Source: Candidatus Dormiibacterota bacterium (GTDB lineage: Bacteria > Chloroflexota > Dormibacteria > Aeolococcales > Aeolococcaceae). Taken from it: a stretch of 64,000 nucleotides of DNA. The position numbers and the translations under genes are program-made. Below are positions 1-9,735 of the stretch, in pieces. The number at the start of each line of letters is the position of its first letter. Position 1 is the stretch's first letter. The DNA lies in assembly GCA_963718525.1 (NCBI GenBank), contig OY970355.1, positions 2,624,001 to 2,688,000 of the forward strand. The letters run 5' to 3'. A model generated the notes under the pieces. It saw only the letters and a list, made by a program, of their open reading frames with translations. It was not told the DNA's origin and did no database searches.

Positions 1-67
1 AGTACTGCCCGGCGTGCCAGACCGGAGGGCGGGTCTTTGCCGACCGGCGAATGAGCCGCCTGCTTCG

Positions 68-526
68 ATGAGCACACTCACGGCCGATGCCGGCGACGTC
101 GAGCTCGAGCGCGCACTCTGGGCCTTGCGCGCCTACGACACGATGGCTCTCGCCACCGCCGGTCAGGCGGGTCCGCATGTCGCCGGCGTCTTCTTCGCCC
201 CGGAGCAACTCGAGAGCGGAATTCGGCTGCTCATCGCCACCAGGGTTGGGACACGCCTCCATCGCGAACTCGCTGTCGACCCACGGGTCGCCTTCATGTG
301 CTCTCCAGGCAACGCGTCGCGATGGATCCAGGGCGGAGGCGTCGCCTCGGTGGTCGACAACTCGGGCCAGCAAACCGATGTCACCCGTCGTCTCATCGAT
401 CATGCGGCAGGGGCGCGGGCGTACGTGGAGGGACCGGAGGTGCTTCCGGTGACCATCGCCGTGCGCTGGCTGAAGGTCGTGGAGGCGCGTGACGGCCCGC
501 ACCTGCTCCTCCGCTTCGACCCTTGA
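68..526 (+). CDS. Pyridoxamine 5'-phosphate oxidase-like FMN-binding split-barrel protein
   Basis: TMALAT...GPHVAGVFF...L..DPRVAF...WIQG.G pattern; ATG at 68 chosen within ORF 14..526. Confidence 0.65.
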   Translation: MSTLTADAGDVELERALWALRAYDTMALATAGQAGPHVAGVFFAPEQLESGIRLLIATRVGTRLHRELAVDPRVAFMCSPGNASRWIQGGGVASVVDNSGQQTDVTRRLIDHAAGARAYVEGPEVLPVTIAVRWLKVVEARDGPHLLLRFDP

Positions 527-528
527 CG

Positions 529-1833
529 TCAGGAGGCGAGCAGCCTCCTGAGATCTGCGAAGAAGCCCGGGTAGGACACCGACGCGGCTTCGGCCCCATC
601 GATCACCGATTCGCCACCCCCTGCCGGGACCAGCGCCGCCGCGACCGCCCAGGCCATGGCGAAACGGTGGTCTCCCGCGGCGTTCAGATGGGCCGAACGG
701 AGGTGCGAAGGGCCGTGGACGGTGAGCCAGTCGGCGCCGCTCTCGCAGTGGACGCCCAACGACCGGAGGCCGGTCTCGAGCACGGCGATCCTGTCGGTCT
801 CCTTGTTGCGCAGCTCGCCGGCATCGCGTATCTCGGTGACGCCGTCAGCCTGGCTCGCAAGCACGGCGATGATCGGGAGCTCATCGATGGTGCGCACGGT
901 CAGCGCCCCGGCGATCGTCATCGCGTGGAGCCGCGCACCACGCACCTCGATATCGCCGGCCGGCTCGACCCCGCCGGCCAGGTCGCCCGGTTCCACTCGG
1001 ACGTCGGCGCCCATCGCCTCGAGCACCGTGAGCATGCCGGTGCGCCCTGGATTCAGGCCGACTCCCGGACACCGCACTCGCCAACCCGGCCGCGACGCCG
1101 CGAGCGCAAGAAAGAACGCCGCTGAGCTGATATCGCCCGGCACCCGTAGCCCGAAGGGCTCGAGGGGCGCAGGGTGCAGCGTGACCTCCAGCCCGCTCAC
1201 GACCACATCGAGCCCGCACATCCGGAGCATCCGCTCGGTGTGATCGCGTGTCGGAACCGGCTCGACGACGGTGGTCGGCCCGTCCGCTGAGAGACCGGCG
1301 AGGAGGATCGCCGATTTCACCTGAGCACTCGCGATCGCCGGGCGCCAGGTCAACGGCGAGAGACTCCGACTGCCGCGCACCCGGAGGGGAGCGGTTCCCT
1401 GAGGAGATGGCTCGAGCTCAGCCCCCATGGCGCGAAGCGGCTCGACCACGCGCATCATCGGCCGCCGCCGTAGGGATTCGTCACCTTCGAGCGTTGCCTC
1501 GCAGTCGCTCCCGGCAATCACGCCCGCGAGCAGGCGCATGGTCGTCCCGGAATTCGCACAGTCGAGCACTCCCTCCGGGCTGCGCAGGCTGACGCCGACA
1601 CCGGCCCCGTCGAGCGCATAGCGCGCGGGCGGGAAGTCGCGCACCCAGACGCCGCACGCACGGAGGCATGCGGCCGTGGCGAGGACGTCGGCCGCCGGCG
1701 AGGCGTTGCCGATGTACGTCCGGCCTTTCGCGAGGGATCCGAGGATCAATGCTCGGTGGCTGATCGACTTGTCACCGGGGACGGTCACTTCGCCGTCGAT
1801 CCGCGTGACGGGCGACACGCGCTCCTGGCTCAC
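529..1833 (-). CDS. aroA: 3-phosphoshikimate 1-carboxyvinyltransferase (EPSP synthase)
   Basis: PGDKSISHR, NSGTTMR, SAQVKSA, RDHTER, KETDRI, DHRFAM motifs. Confidence 0.97.
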   Translation of the reverse strand: MSQERVSPVTRIDGEVTVPGDKSISHRALILGSLAKGRTYIGNASPAADVLATAACLRACGVWVRDFPPARYALDGAGVGVSLRSPEGVLDCANSGTTMRLLAGVIAGSDCEATLEGDESLRRRPMMRVVEPLRAMGAELEPSPQGTAPLRVRGSRSLSPLTWRPAIASAQVKSAILLAGLSADGPTTVVEPVPTRDHTERMLRMCGLDVVVSGLEVTLHPAPLEPFGLRVPGDISSAAFFLALAASRPGWRVRCPGVGLNPGRTGMLTVLEAMGADVRVEPGDLAGGVEPAGDIEVRGARLHAMTIAGALTVRTIDELPIIAVLASQADGVTEIRDAGELRNKETDRIAVLETGLRSLGVHCESGADWLTVHGPSHLRSAHLNAAGDHRFAMAWAVAAALVPAGGGESVIDGAEAASVSYPGFFADLRRLLAS

Positions 1834-2651
1834 CCCGCGTGCGCTGCCTCGTGACCGATCATCGCGCCGAGGAACCGCTCTGCAGCGGCGACGGGCTCCT
1901 CCGCGTTCATGGCGATCGCGTCCAGCAGGGCAGACCCGACCACGGCGGCCTCTGCGTGTCCTCGGAGCGCCTCAAGATGCTCGTGGGTGGAGAGACCGAA
2001 TCCCAGCGCCCGCGGCAGTGGGGTCACCGCGTGCACCGAATCGAGCAAGGCGATCGCGTCGGCGGCGATGGTTCGCCGCGCACCGGTGACACCGGTGACC
2101 CCGACGCAGTACACGAACCCTGCGCCGGTCGAGCAGATGCGCGCCAGGCGATCCGGGGTGGTCGTCGGCGCCACGAGCGGGATCATGGCGACGCCCGCAC
2201 CATGCAGCGCCTGGCGTACGCCGGCCGCCTCGTCGAGTGGAAGGTCGGGAATGATGACGCCGTCGACGCCCACGGCAGACGCGTTGCCGGCGAATGCGTC
2301 GACGCCGAAACTGAGCACCGGGTTGACATAGGTCATCACCGCAAGGGGGATGCTCACGCCACGAGCCCTCGCGTCCTCGACCTGGCTGAGCGCCGTGGCG
2401 AGGGTCATACCGTTGCGCAGCGCCACCTGCCCGGTGCGCTGAATCGTCGGTCCGTCCGCGAGCGGATCGCTGAAGGGGATGCCCACCTCGGCCGCGATGC
2501 ATCCGGTGCGCTCCGCGGCGATGAGCAGGTCACCGAGGCTGTCGAGCGACGGATACCCGGCCGTGAAATACGGGATCAGCCCCGGAGCCGTTTCGGAGGG
2601 TCGTGCTGCGAATGCGAGGTCGAACCGGGTATCCGGGATCGCGTCGCTCAT
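1830..2651 (-). CDS. trpA: Tryptophan synthase alpha subunit
   Basis: [29 protein letters not shown]. Confidence 0.97.
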   Translation of the reverse strand: MSDAIPDTRFDLAFAARPSETAPGLIPYFTAGYPSLDSLGDLLIAAERTGCIAAEVGIPFSDPLADGPTIQRTGQVALRNGMTLATALSQVEDARARGVSIPLAVMTYVNPVLSFGVDAFAGNASAVGVDGVIIPDLPLDEAAGVRQALHGAGVAMIPLVAPTTTPDRLARICSTGAGFVYCVGVTGVTGARRTIAADAIALLDSVHAVTPLPRALGFGLSTHEHLEALRGHAEAAVVGSALLDAIAMNAEEPVAAAERFLGAMIGHEAAHAG

Positions 2652-3829
2652 GACCCGTCGAACTCGCGGACGGTATCGATGTCCTTGTCACCGCGGCCGC
2701 TCAGGCAGACGAGGACCACGTCGCCGGCCGGGAGGTCGTGGGCAATCGTGCCCGCGACGTGGATCGCGTGCGACAACTCGAGTGCGGGGATGATGCCTTC
2801 GAGCAGGCACAGTTGATGAAACGCGGCGAGGGCCTCGGAGTCCGTCGCCGCGACGTACTCGACCCGTCCGCTGTCACGGAGCGCGCTGTGCTCCGGTCCG
2901 ACTCCCGGGTAGTCGAGGCCGGCGCTGATCGAATGCGTGGCGAGGACCTGGCCGTCGCGACTCTGCATCAGGTAGCTCAAGGAACCGTGCAGCACCCCGG
3001 GCCGTCCGCGCGACAGTGGGGCCGCGTGTTCGCCACTGTCCAGCCCGCGGCCGGCCGCCTCGACACCGACGAGGCGCACGTCGTCGCCAAGGAATGCCGC
3101 GAACATGCCGATGGCGTTGCTCCCGCCACCCACGCAGGCCACCACCACTGACGGCAACCGATCCATGCGGGTCAGCATCTGCTCACGCGCCTCGTCGCCG
3201 ATGACCCGCTGCAGACGTCGCACCAGCGACGGATACGGGTGCGGCCCGACCGCGCTGCCGATCACGTAATGCGTATCGCGCACGTGCGCCACCCAGTCCC
3301 GGATCGCCTCGTTGGTGGCGTCCTTGAGTGTCGCCGAACCGCTGTCGACGGGCACCACCTCGGCCCCGAGCAACGCCATCCTGTACACGTTGAGCGCCTG
3401 CCGGCGCATGTCCTCCCGACCCATGTAGACAACGCACTCGAGACCGAGCGCGGCGCATGCGGTTGCGGTTGCGACGCCATGCTGGCCCGCTCCCGTCTCG
3501 GCGATGATCCGTGCCTTGCCCATGCGCTGAGCGAGCAGGACCTGACCGAGGGCGTTGTTGAGCTTGTGGGCGCCGGTGTGCAGCAGGTCCTCGCGCTTCA
3601 ACCAGATCTCCGCGCCCGCATGGGCATCGCTGAAGCGGCGTGCATGGGTCGCCGGCGTCGGGCGCCCGGCGAAGTCGGCGAGCCACCGATCCAGCTCGGA
3701 GGTGAACGCCGCATCGGCGAACGCGCTGCGCATCTCGCTCTCGAGCTCCTCGAGGGCAGGGACAAGGGTCTCCGGCACGTAGGCGCCGCCGTAGCCGTCG
3801 AACCGGCCATGCACGGGTTGCGCGCTCAC
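2648..3829 (-). CDS. trpB: Tryptophan synthase beta subunit
   Basis: [52 protein letters not shown]. Confidence 0.98.
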   Translation of the reverse strand: MSAQPVHGRFDGYGGAYVPETLVPALEELESEMRSAFADAAFTSELDRWLADFAGRPTPATHARRFSDAHAGAEIWLKREDLLHTGAHKLNNALGQVLLAQRMGKARIIAETGAGQHGVATATACAALGLECVVYMGREDMRRQALNVYRMALLGAEVVPVDSGSATLKDATNEAIRDWVAHVRDTHYVIGSAVGPHPYPSLVRRLQRVIGDEAREQMLTRMDRLPSVVVACVGGGSNAIGMFAAFLGDDVRLVGVEAAGRGLDSGEHAAPLSRGRPGVLHGSLSYLMQSRDGQVLATHSISAGLDYPGVGPEHSALRDSGRVEYVAATDSEALAAFHQLCLLEGIIPALELSHAIHVAGTIAHDLPAGDVVLVCLSGRGDKDIDTVREFDGS

Positions 3830-4464
3830 CGTGGTTCCATCTGCAACTGCGCCGCGGAACGTGCGGCGATCACGAAACTCGTGACCAGGTCGGCATCCTT
3901 CTCCCCGGGGCGGCGTTCCAGGCGGCTCGACGCGTCAACACCGGCGGGACGCACGGTTGCGATGGCGTCGCCGACGTTGTCCGGCCCAAGGCCGCCGGCG
4001 AGCATCACCGCGCGGTGACGAGCGACGTCCGCGGCCCATCCGAGAGGAACGCGCCGGCCGGTGCCCCCGGGGAGCCCCCCTTGCTCAGGCATCCCGTCGA
4101 GCATCACCAGCGTGTCTGGGGGCCAGTCGATCCGGCTTGCCGTCGCGCCGTCCTCGACGTTGAAGACAGGAATGACCGGAACGGAACACTCCGTGACCAG
4201 TTCCCTGTTGAAGTTTCCGTGAATCTGAACTCCGGCGAGGTGATATCGAGACGCCGCGGCATCACAGTCGGCAGCGCTCGGTTCGACGAAGACGCCGATC
4301 AGGTCGGCGCGATCCCCGACAGCGCGAACGACCGCGAGGGCCGCTTCGTCATCCACCCAGCGCGAGCTCGCTGCCACGAGCATCAGGCCGATCCAATCGG
4401 CGCCGGCGTCGATGGCGGCGTCGGCGACCCCCGGGGTGCGAACGCCGCACACCTTGACGATCAC
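3826..4464 (-). CDS. trpF: Phosphoribosylanthranilate isomerase
   Basis: VKVCG, QIHG, GGTG, LAGGL, GVDASS; GTG start overlaps trpC stop (GTGA). Confidence 0.93.
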   Translation of the reverse strand: MIVKVCGVRTPGVADAAIDAGADWIGLMLVAASSRWVDDEAALAVVRAVGDRADLIGVFVEPSAADCDAAASRYHLAGVQIHGNFNRELVTECSVPVIPVFNVEDGATASRIDWPPDTLVMLDGMPEQGGLPGGTGRRVPLGWAADVARHRAVMLAGGLGPDNVGDAIATVRPAGVDASSRLERRPGEKDADLVTSFVIAARSAAQLQMEPR

Positions 4465-5258
4465 GACCGCTGCGCCTCGCGTGCCGCTGTGACCATCGCC
4501 GCGCATGCGGCCGCCGGCGATGACGCCCGCATCAGCGCCTCGCCGATGAGCACGGCGTCGGCGCCCTCGTTGATGAGGCGGTTCACGTCATCCGGATTTC
4601 GCACCCCTGACTCCGCCACACACACGACGCCATCTGGGATGGTGCCGCGCACGGGAGCGAAGGTGTCGAGGTCGGTGGTGAGGGTGTGAAGGTTGCGGTT
4701 GTTGATCCCGATGCACTCCGAACCAGCGGCAACGGCCCTTCGTGCCTCATCGACGTCGTGGACCTCGACGATCGCGTGGGCGCGGCTCCGGGCGACACCC
4801 TCGAGGCACAGGTCAAGCGAGTCTCCGTCGAGCAACGCGACGATCAGGAGGACCCAGTCGGCTCCGGCAACACGAGCCTCCGCGACCTGCACGGGATCCA
4901 GCGTGAAGTCCTTGCGCAGCAAGGGAATATCGAGGCCTGCCCGGACCTGGGCCAGATCGTCGAGTGATCCGCCGAAATCGGGGCCGTCGGTGAGCACCGA
5001 GATGGCTGCGACCCCGCAGGCAGCGTAGTCCTGAGCGACGGACAGCGCATCCATGTCCGTACGCAGCGGGCCGCCGCTGGGGGAGCGCCGCTTCATCTCC
5101 GCGATGACAGTTCCGCCGCGCAGTGCCTCCACCAGCCCTCGCGCTGGCGGCAGCAGCTCGGCTTTTGCCCAGAGTGCGGCTTCCGCGCAGCGGAGCTGGT
5201 CGACCTCCGCGCGCTTGCGCACAGCGATGGCGTCGAGCGCGCTGCCGGCGGCGCTCAC
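4461..5258 (-). CDS. trpC: Indole-3-glycerol phosphate synthase
   Basis: IAEMKRRSPS, ISVLTD, LLRKDF, GINNRNL, AESG, LIGEALM. Confidence 0.96.
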   Translation of the reverse strand: MSAAGSALDAIAVRKRAEVDQLRCAEAALWAKAELLPPARGLVEALRGGTVIAEMKRRSPSGGPLRTDMDALSVAQDYAACGVAAISVLTDGPDFGGSLDDLAQVRAGLDIPLLRKDFTLDPVQVAEARVAGADWVLLIVALLDGDSLDLCLEGVARSRAHAIVEVHDVDEARRAVAAGSECIGINNRNLHTLTTDLDTFAPVRGTIPDGVVCVAESGVRNPDDVNRLINEGADAVLIGEALMRASSPAAACAAMVTAAREAQRS

Positions 5259-5863
5259 GCGCGCACTCCCGCCGGAAGGGATGCGGTGTCAAGGAAATTG
5301 CGGAGCAGCGCGCGCCCTGCGGGGGTTCCGACCGACTCCGGGTGGAACTGCACGCCCTCGACGGGAAAATGTCGATGGCGCATGGCCATGATCAGACCGT
5401 CGTCGCTCCACGCGGTCGCCTCGAGGACGTCAGGAAGGTCCGAGGTCGAGACGACGAGTGAGTGATACCGCGTCGCCATGAATGGATTCTCGATGCCGCG
5501 GAGGACACCCGTGCCTCCATGGTGCACCGGGCCCACCTTGCCGTGAACCACCGCGGGGGCGCGCACCACCTGGGCGCCATAGGCGACACCGATCGCCTGG
5601 TGGCCGAGGCAGACGCCGAGCATCGGCACGGTGCCGTCCAGCTCGCGGATGAGGTCGACGCAGACGCCTGCCTCCTCGGGAACGCGAGGGCCCGGCGACA
5701 TGACGATGGCGGCCGGAGCTGACTCGACGATGGCGGTGACTGAGAGTGCGTCATTTCGCTCGACGGCGACACGTGCTCCCAATTCCCGAAGGTATTGCAC
5801 GAGATTGAAGGTGAACGAGTCGTAGTTGTCGATAACCAGGACCTGACCGCTCAGCGAACCCAT
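5255..5863 (-). CDS. trpG: Anthranilate synthase component II (glutamine amidotransferase)
   Basis: IDNYDSFTFN, SPGP, GVCLGHQ, RYHSL, QFHPES; ATG at 5863 within ORF 5255..6151. Confidence 0.95.
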   Translation of the reverse strand: MGSLSGQVLVIDNYDSFTFNLVQYLRELGARVAVERNDALSVTAIVESAPAAIVMSPGPRVPEEAGVCVDLIRELDGTVPMLGVCLGHQAIGVAYGAQVVRAPAVVHGKVGPVHHGGTGVLRGIENPFMATRYHSLVVSTSDLPDVLEATAWSDDGLIMAMRHRHFPVEGVQFHPESVGTPAGRALLRNFLDTASLPAGVRA

Positions 5864-7308
5864 GCGTTCGCCTCCTCCACCGCGAGAATCTGCGCGGCGA
5901 CCTTGTTGTCGATCTCCACCGTCTCCTCGTTGACCAGGGAGTCGGCGACGATCCCGGCTGCCGCCTGGACATATGCGATGCCCTGGCGGACCACGATGGT
6001 GCGAAGCGCGATGGCGGTGTCGAGATCTCCGCCGTAGCCGACGTAGCCGATCGCTCCGGCGTAGGCTCCGCGCTCCTCCGGCTCGAGCTCCGCAATGATT
6101 TCCATGGCACGGATTTTCGGCGCCCCGGTGACTGTCCCGGCGGGGAAGCATGCGCGGAGCGCATCGAGCGAGTTGCGGCCGTCATCGAGGGTCCCTTCGA
6201 TACTGCTCACCAGGTGCATCACGTGCGAGTAGCGCTCGACCTCCATGTGCTGGATGACCCGGATGCTGCCGGTCGCGCAGACCCGCCCGAGGTCGTTGCG
6301 TCCGAGGTCGATCAGCATGAGATGCTCGGCCGCCTCCTTGTCGCTCGCTCGCAGCTCGCGCTCCATCCGCTCGTCGTCCTCCGGCGTGCGTCCGCGCCGG
6401 CGCGTTCCCGCGATCGGGTGGTACCGCACACTCGGGCCCGTGACCTGGACGAGCATCTCCGGGGAGGCGCCGACCAGGGTGCACTCCGGGGTGGCGATGT
6501 AGATCATGTACGGGCTCGGATTGATGGCCCGAAGCGCCACGTACACATCGAAGGGATCCGCCTGCAGCGGGAGCGCGAAGCGGCGGGAGACCTGGACCTG
6601 GAAGATGTCGCCGGCGACGATGTAGTCGAGCGCGCGACGCACCCGGTCCTGGAACTGCGCCCTCGAGAGGTTGGCCTGGTGCTCGTGGGCGCCGACGTTC
6701 ACCGGGATCCCTGCGAGTCGAGCCGCCGGCTCAGGCGCCGCGGCGCAGATCGCTTCGCGCAGCTCGCAGATTCGAGCGAGTGCCCGTTCGTACGCTGCGT
6801 CGAAGCCGGACGTGTCGTTGCGCTGAACGCAGCTCGAGAGCAGCAACCGGTGATGGGCATGATCGAACACTGCCACCGTGTCAAAGATCCCGAACCACTG
6901 CCGCGGAAGTCCGAGCGGGTCGCGCGCCGCTGCGGGGAGATGCTCGTAGCGGTTCGCCGCCTCATAGGTGAGGAAGCCCACAGCACCGCCGAGCAGGGGC
7001 GCCGCAAGACCGGGCGCGCATGCGGCGCCGATCGACGCGATCTCCCGGTCGAGCACCGCGAGCGGATCACCCCCCGCGCCGGTGTCACTGATCACTCGCG
7101 ACGGGCGGTGACCGAGCATGGACCAGCGCGCCACCGCGCCGCTGCCTTCGACTGACTCGAGCAGGAAGCAGCTCGCCGTGGTTCCGAGCGCCCGCATCGC
7201 GGCGACCGGGGTCGCTTCGCCGACTGGAAGCTCCAGGACGACCGCGACGACGTCGTGGTCAGTGAGCCGGCGCCGCGCCTCCTCGAGGCCGGGAAGTGGC
7301 TGGTTCAT
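5851..7308 (-). CDS. trpE: Anthranilate synthase component I
   Basis: FLLES, GDIFQV, NPSPYM, SPE, PIAGTR, EHLMLIDLGRND, GAPKIRAM; trp operon context. Confidence 0.94.
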   Translation of the reverse strand: MNQPLPGLEEARRRLTDHDVVAVVLELPVGEATPVAAMRALGTTASCFLLESVEGSGAVARWSMLGHRPSRVISDTGAGGDPLAVLDREIASIGAACAPGLAAPLLGGAVGFLTYEAANRYEHLPAAARDPLGLPRQWFGIFDTVAVFDHAHHRLLLSSCVQRNDTSGFDAAYERALARICELREAICAAAPEPAARLAGIPVNVGAHEHQANLSRAQFQDRVRRALDYIVAGDIFQVQVSRRFALPLQADPFDVYVALRAINPSPYMIYIATPECTLVGASPEMLVQVTGPSVRYHPIAGTRRRGRTPEDDERMERELRASDKEAAEHLMLIDLGRNDLGRVCATGSIRVIQHMEVERYSHVMHLVSSIEGTLDDGRNSLDALRACFPAGTVTGAPKIRAMEIIAELEPEERGAYAGAIGYVGYGGDLDTAIALRTIVVRQGIAYVQAAAGIVADSLVNEETVEIDNKVAAQILAVEEANAWVR

Positions 7309-7329
7309 CGGTGGGGCGCCATGGGGGTG

Positions 7330-8514
7330 TCATCCGGGCACCGCGGCGCCGACGTACTGCGCGATCCTGCGCGCCGCCTCCTCCAGGTTGGTGATGGAGG
7401 CGGCGTAGCTGAGGCGAATGTGCCCCGCACCCTCCGGCCCGAACGACCGGCCGGGCAGGACGGCGACCCCCACCTCGTCGAGCAGCGCGTTGGCGAGCTC
7501 GCGGTCGCCGAAGCCGGTGGCGGTGATGTCCGGGAAGACGTAGAACGCGCCCGCCGGCTTGTGACACTTGAAGCCCGGGATGTCGTTCAACAGATCGACG
7601 ATGCGGTCGCGACGGTGACCGAACTCCGCCACCATGCGGTCGACGGCGGCGTCGGACTCCGGTGAGTTGAAGGCCTCGACGGCCGCCCACTGCGTGAACG
7701 CCGCAGCGCATGACGAGCTGTTGATCATCAGCGTGTCCATCTTTCGGGCGATCTCGACCGGCATCGCGCCAAACCCCAGGCGCCACCCGCACATCGCCCA
7801 CGCCTTGGAGAGTCCGTCCATATAGATCGTCCGCTCGGCCATCCCGTCGATGCCGTACAGGGACACGTGGGCGCCGTCGTAGCTCAGACGGTTGTAGATC
7901 TCATCGCTGAGGACGATCAGGTCGTGCTCGATGGCGAGACGCGCGATCGCCTCGCAGTCACCGCGGGTGAGGATCCCTCCGGTGGGATTCTGCGGGGAGT
8001 TGACGACGAGCATGCGTGTCCGCGGCGTGATCAGCCTGGCGAGCTCATCGACGTCGGCACGGAAATCGTGCTCCTGGCGCAGCGGCAGCGAGACTGCCTT
8101 GGCGCCGATGAACTCGACCAGCGACCGGTAGATGGGATATCCCGGATCCGGGACGATGACCTCGTCCCCCTCCTCCACCAGGGCGAGCAGGGCGAACAGG
8201 AGCAGGTTCTTCGAGCCCGGGGTGAGCACGATGTTCTCGAACCGCGTTGGCACGCCGGTGTGGCGCGTGACGTATGCGGCGGTCTTCTCGCGCACCTCGC
8301 GGATGCCGCTTGCCGCCGTGTAGTGCGTCGCACCCTCGCGCATCGCACGCACCGCGGCGTCGATGATGTTGTCAGGGGTGGCAAAATCAGGCTCGCCGAT
8401 CTCGAGATGGACGATGTTCCGGCCCTCGGCTTCGAGGAGCCGTGCGTGGGCGAGCACCTCGAAGGCACTTTCGGTGCCCAGGCGCGAGAGTCGGTCGGCA
8501 AACCGAATGGTCAT
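7330..8514 (-). CDS. PLP-dependent aminotransferase class I/II (aspartate/prephenate aminotransferase-like)
   Basis: IGEPDF, NSPQNPTG, SDEIY, SKAWAMCGWRLG, IRLSYA. Confidence 0.9.
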   Translation of the reverse strand: MTIRFADRLSRLGTESAFEVLAHARLLEAEGRNIVHLEIGEPDFATPDNIIDAAVRAMREGATHYTAASGIREVREKTAAYVTRHTGVPTRFENIVLTPGSKNLLLFALLALVEEGDEVIVPDPGYPIYRSLVEFIGAKAVSLPLRQEHDFRADVDELARLITPRTRMLVVNSPQNPTGGILTRGDCEAIARLAIEHDLIVLSDEIYNRLSYDGAHVSLYGIDGMAERTIYMDGLSKAWAMCGWRLGFGAMPVEIARKMDTLMINSSSCAAAFTQWAAVEAFNSPESDAAVDRMVAEFGHRRDRIVDLLNDIPGFKCHKPAGAFYVFPDITATGFGDRELANALLDEVGVAVLPGRSFGPEGAGHIRLSYAASITNLEEAARRIAQYVGAAVPG

Positions 8515-8795
8515 GACGCCACCATCATGCCTGGAAGGTTGCCAGTCGCCGCGGAATGCTCGACGTCCACGCGTTCGACGCGCGCGTGCGACGGCCCTTG
8601 ACGGAGGAGTTCCAGCATCCGCCCGACCTCCTGCGCTGGGCCTTCGAGCACCACCTCGACGGTTCCGTCCGGCTGGTTTCGCACCGTGCCCGACAGGCCG
8701 GCGTCACCCGCGTGATGGATCACGAAGGCGCGAAAGCCCACCATCTGCACCCTGCCGTGCACGACGGCACGGACACGGACAACCGCTTCACCCAT
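8511..8795 (-). CDS. acyP: Acylphosphatase
   Basis: GRVQMVGFR, GTVRN.PDGTVEV, GPSHARV. Confidence 0.92.
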   Translation of the reverse strand: MGEAVVRVRAVVHGRVQMVGFRAFVIHHAGDAGLSGTVRNQPDGTVEVVLEGPAQEVGRMLELLRQGPSHARVERVDVEHSAATGNLPGMMVAS

Positions 8796-8804
8796 CGCCG
8801 CCCG

Positions 8805-8810
8805 ATTATA
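8805..8810 (-). promoter_or_regulatory. Perfect -10 element (TATAAT) 9 nt upstream of acyP start; probable promoter of acyP-aminotransferase-trp-aroA
   Basis: ATTATA on + strand at 8805-8810. Confidence 0.6.
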
Positions 8811-8830
8811 GGTGGGGTGAGTTCTCCGGC

Positions 8831-9661
8831 TCAGGCAGCCGCTGTGGAGCCCTGGGCGGTCGCCGCCGTCAACTTGCGCACCAGCGGCGGGATCTCGCGA
8901 AGGTTCTTGATCTCCACGCCGCTCAGCTCCGACAGCAGCGCCAGGATGCGACGCTGCACCGGAGCCTCATGGTCGCGTCCGGGCAGATACCAGTTCAACA
9001 TTCGCGAGACGTACTCAGGATCCTCGAGCTGGCTGACCACCGACGGCTCGGTGATCGTGGTCGGATGCTTGGGCGCATCGTTGGTGCTGCGCATCATCCA
9101 GAGCGACATCTTGAGGATGTCCGGAAGCACCTCGGGCTTGTTCGCGACGGCACGGCGCATGTACTTCGCATAGCAGGCGGCGTGGCGCAACTCATCCGCT
9201 GCGAGGATCTTGAAGATCTTGCGGATCACGGGTTCGGGACCCTGCTCGCTGAACGCGGTGTACCAGTGAGCGAGGCGCTGCTCGCCGCAGAAGTGCATGG
9301 TGAGCGTCTCGATCGCCGGTCCTGGCGCGAAGGTCAGCCGCAACTCGGGGAGCTTGGCCTCGTCAAACGTCTCGCCGCACCGCTCCAGGTACTTGCGCAA
9401 CGTGAGGTGATGCTTCATCTCCTCGTAGAACCAGATGGAGACGAAGCTGCAGAAGTCGATGTCCGTATAGAAGTCACGCAGGAACATCTCAGTCGCATAA
9501 AGCGCGGAGAGCTCCGTGAGGCAGATGTTCCGGAGATCGCTGATCCACTGGGGGCTCACCAGGCTCGGATCGATGTCGTCGAAAGGGATGTCGGCATTGA
9601 GCGTCCACCGGGCGCGTTCGAGCCGGATGAACATATCGTCGTAGAGCATTGGAAGCAGCAT
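8831..9661 (-). CDS. Ferritin-like diiron carboxylate protein (acyl-ACP desaturase/AurF-like fold)
   Basis: E...EEMKH and E...DELRH paired ExxH motifs. Confidence 0.75.
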   Translation of the reverse strand: MLLPMLYDDMFIRLERARWTLNADIPFDDIDPSLVSPQWISDLRNICLTELSALYATEMFLRDFYTDIDFCSFVSIWFYEEMKHHLTLRKYLERCGETFDEAKLPELRLTFAPGPAIETLTMHFCGEQRLAHWYTAFSEQGPEPVIRKIFKILAADELRHAACYAKYMRRAVANKPEVLPDILKMSLWMMRSTNDAPKHPTTITEPSVVSQLEDPEYVSRMLNWYLPGRDHEAPVQRRILALLSELSGVEIKNLREIPPLVRKLTAATAQGSTAAA

Positions 9662-9717
9662 ACTTTCTTCGCCCCGCACAAAGGGTGGGCAATGTCATCC
9701 GGCGTACAGGCCAAGAT

Positions 9718-9734
9718 TTGTACATGAGGGACAA
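9718..9734. promoter_or_regulatory. Candidate PucR/CdaR-family operator TTGT-N9-ACAA
   Basis: TTGTACATGAGGGACAA between the divergent ferritin-like and PucR genes. Confidence 0.45.
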
Positions 9735-9735
9735 T

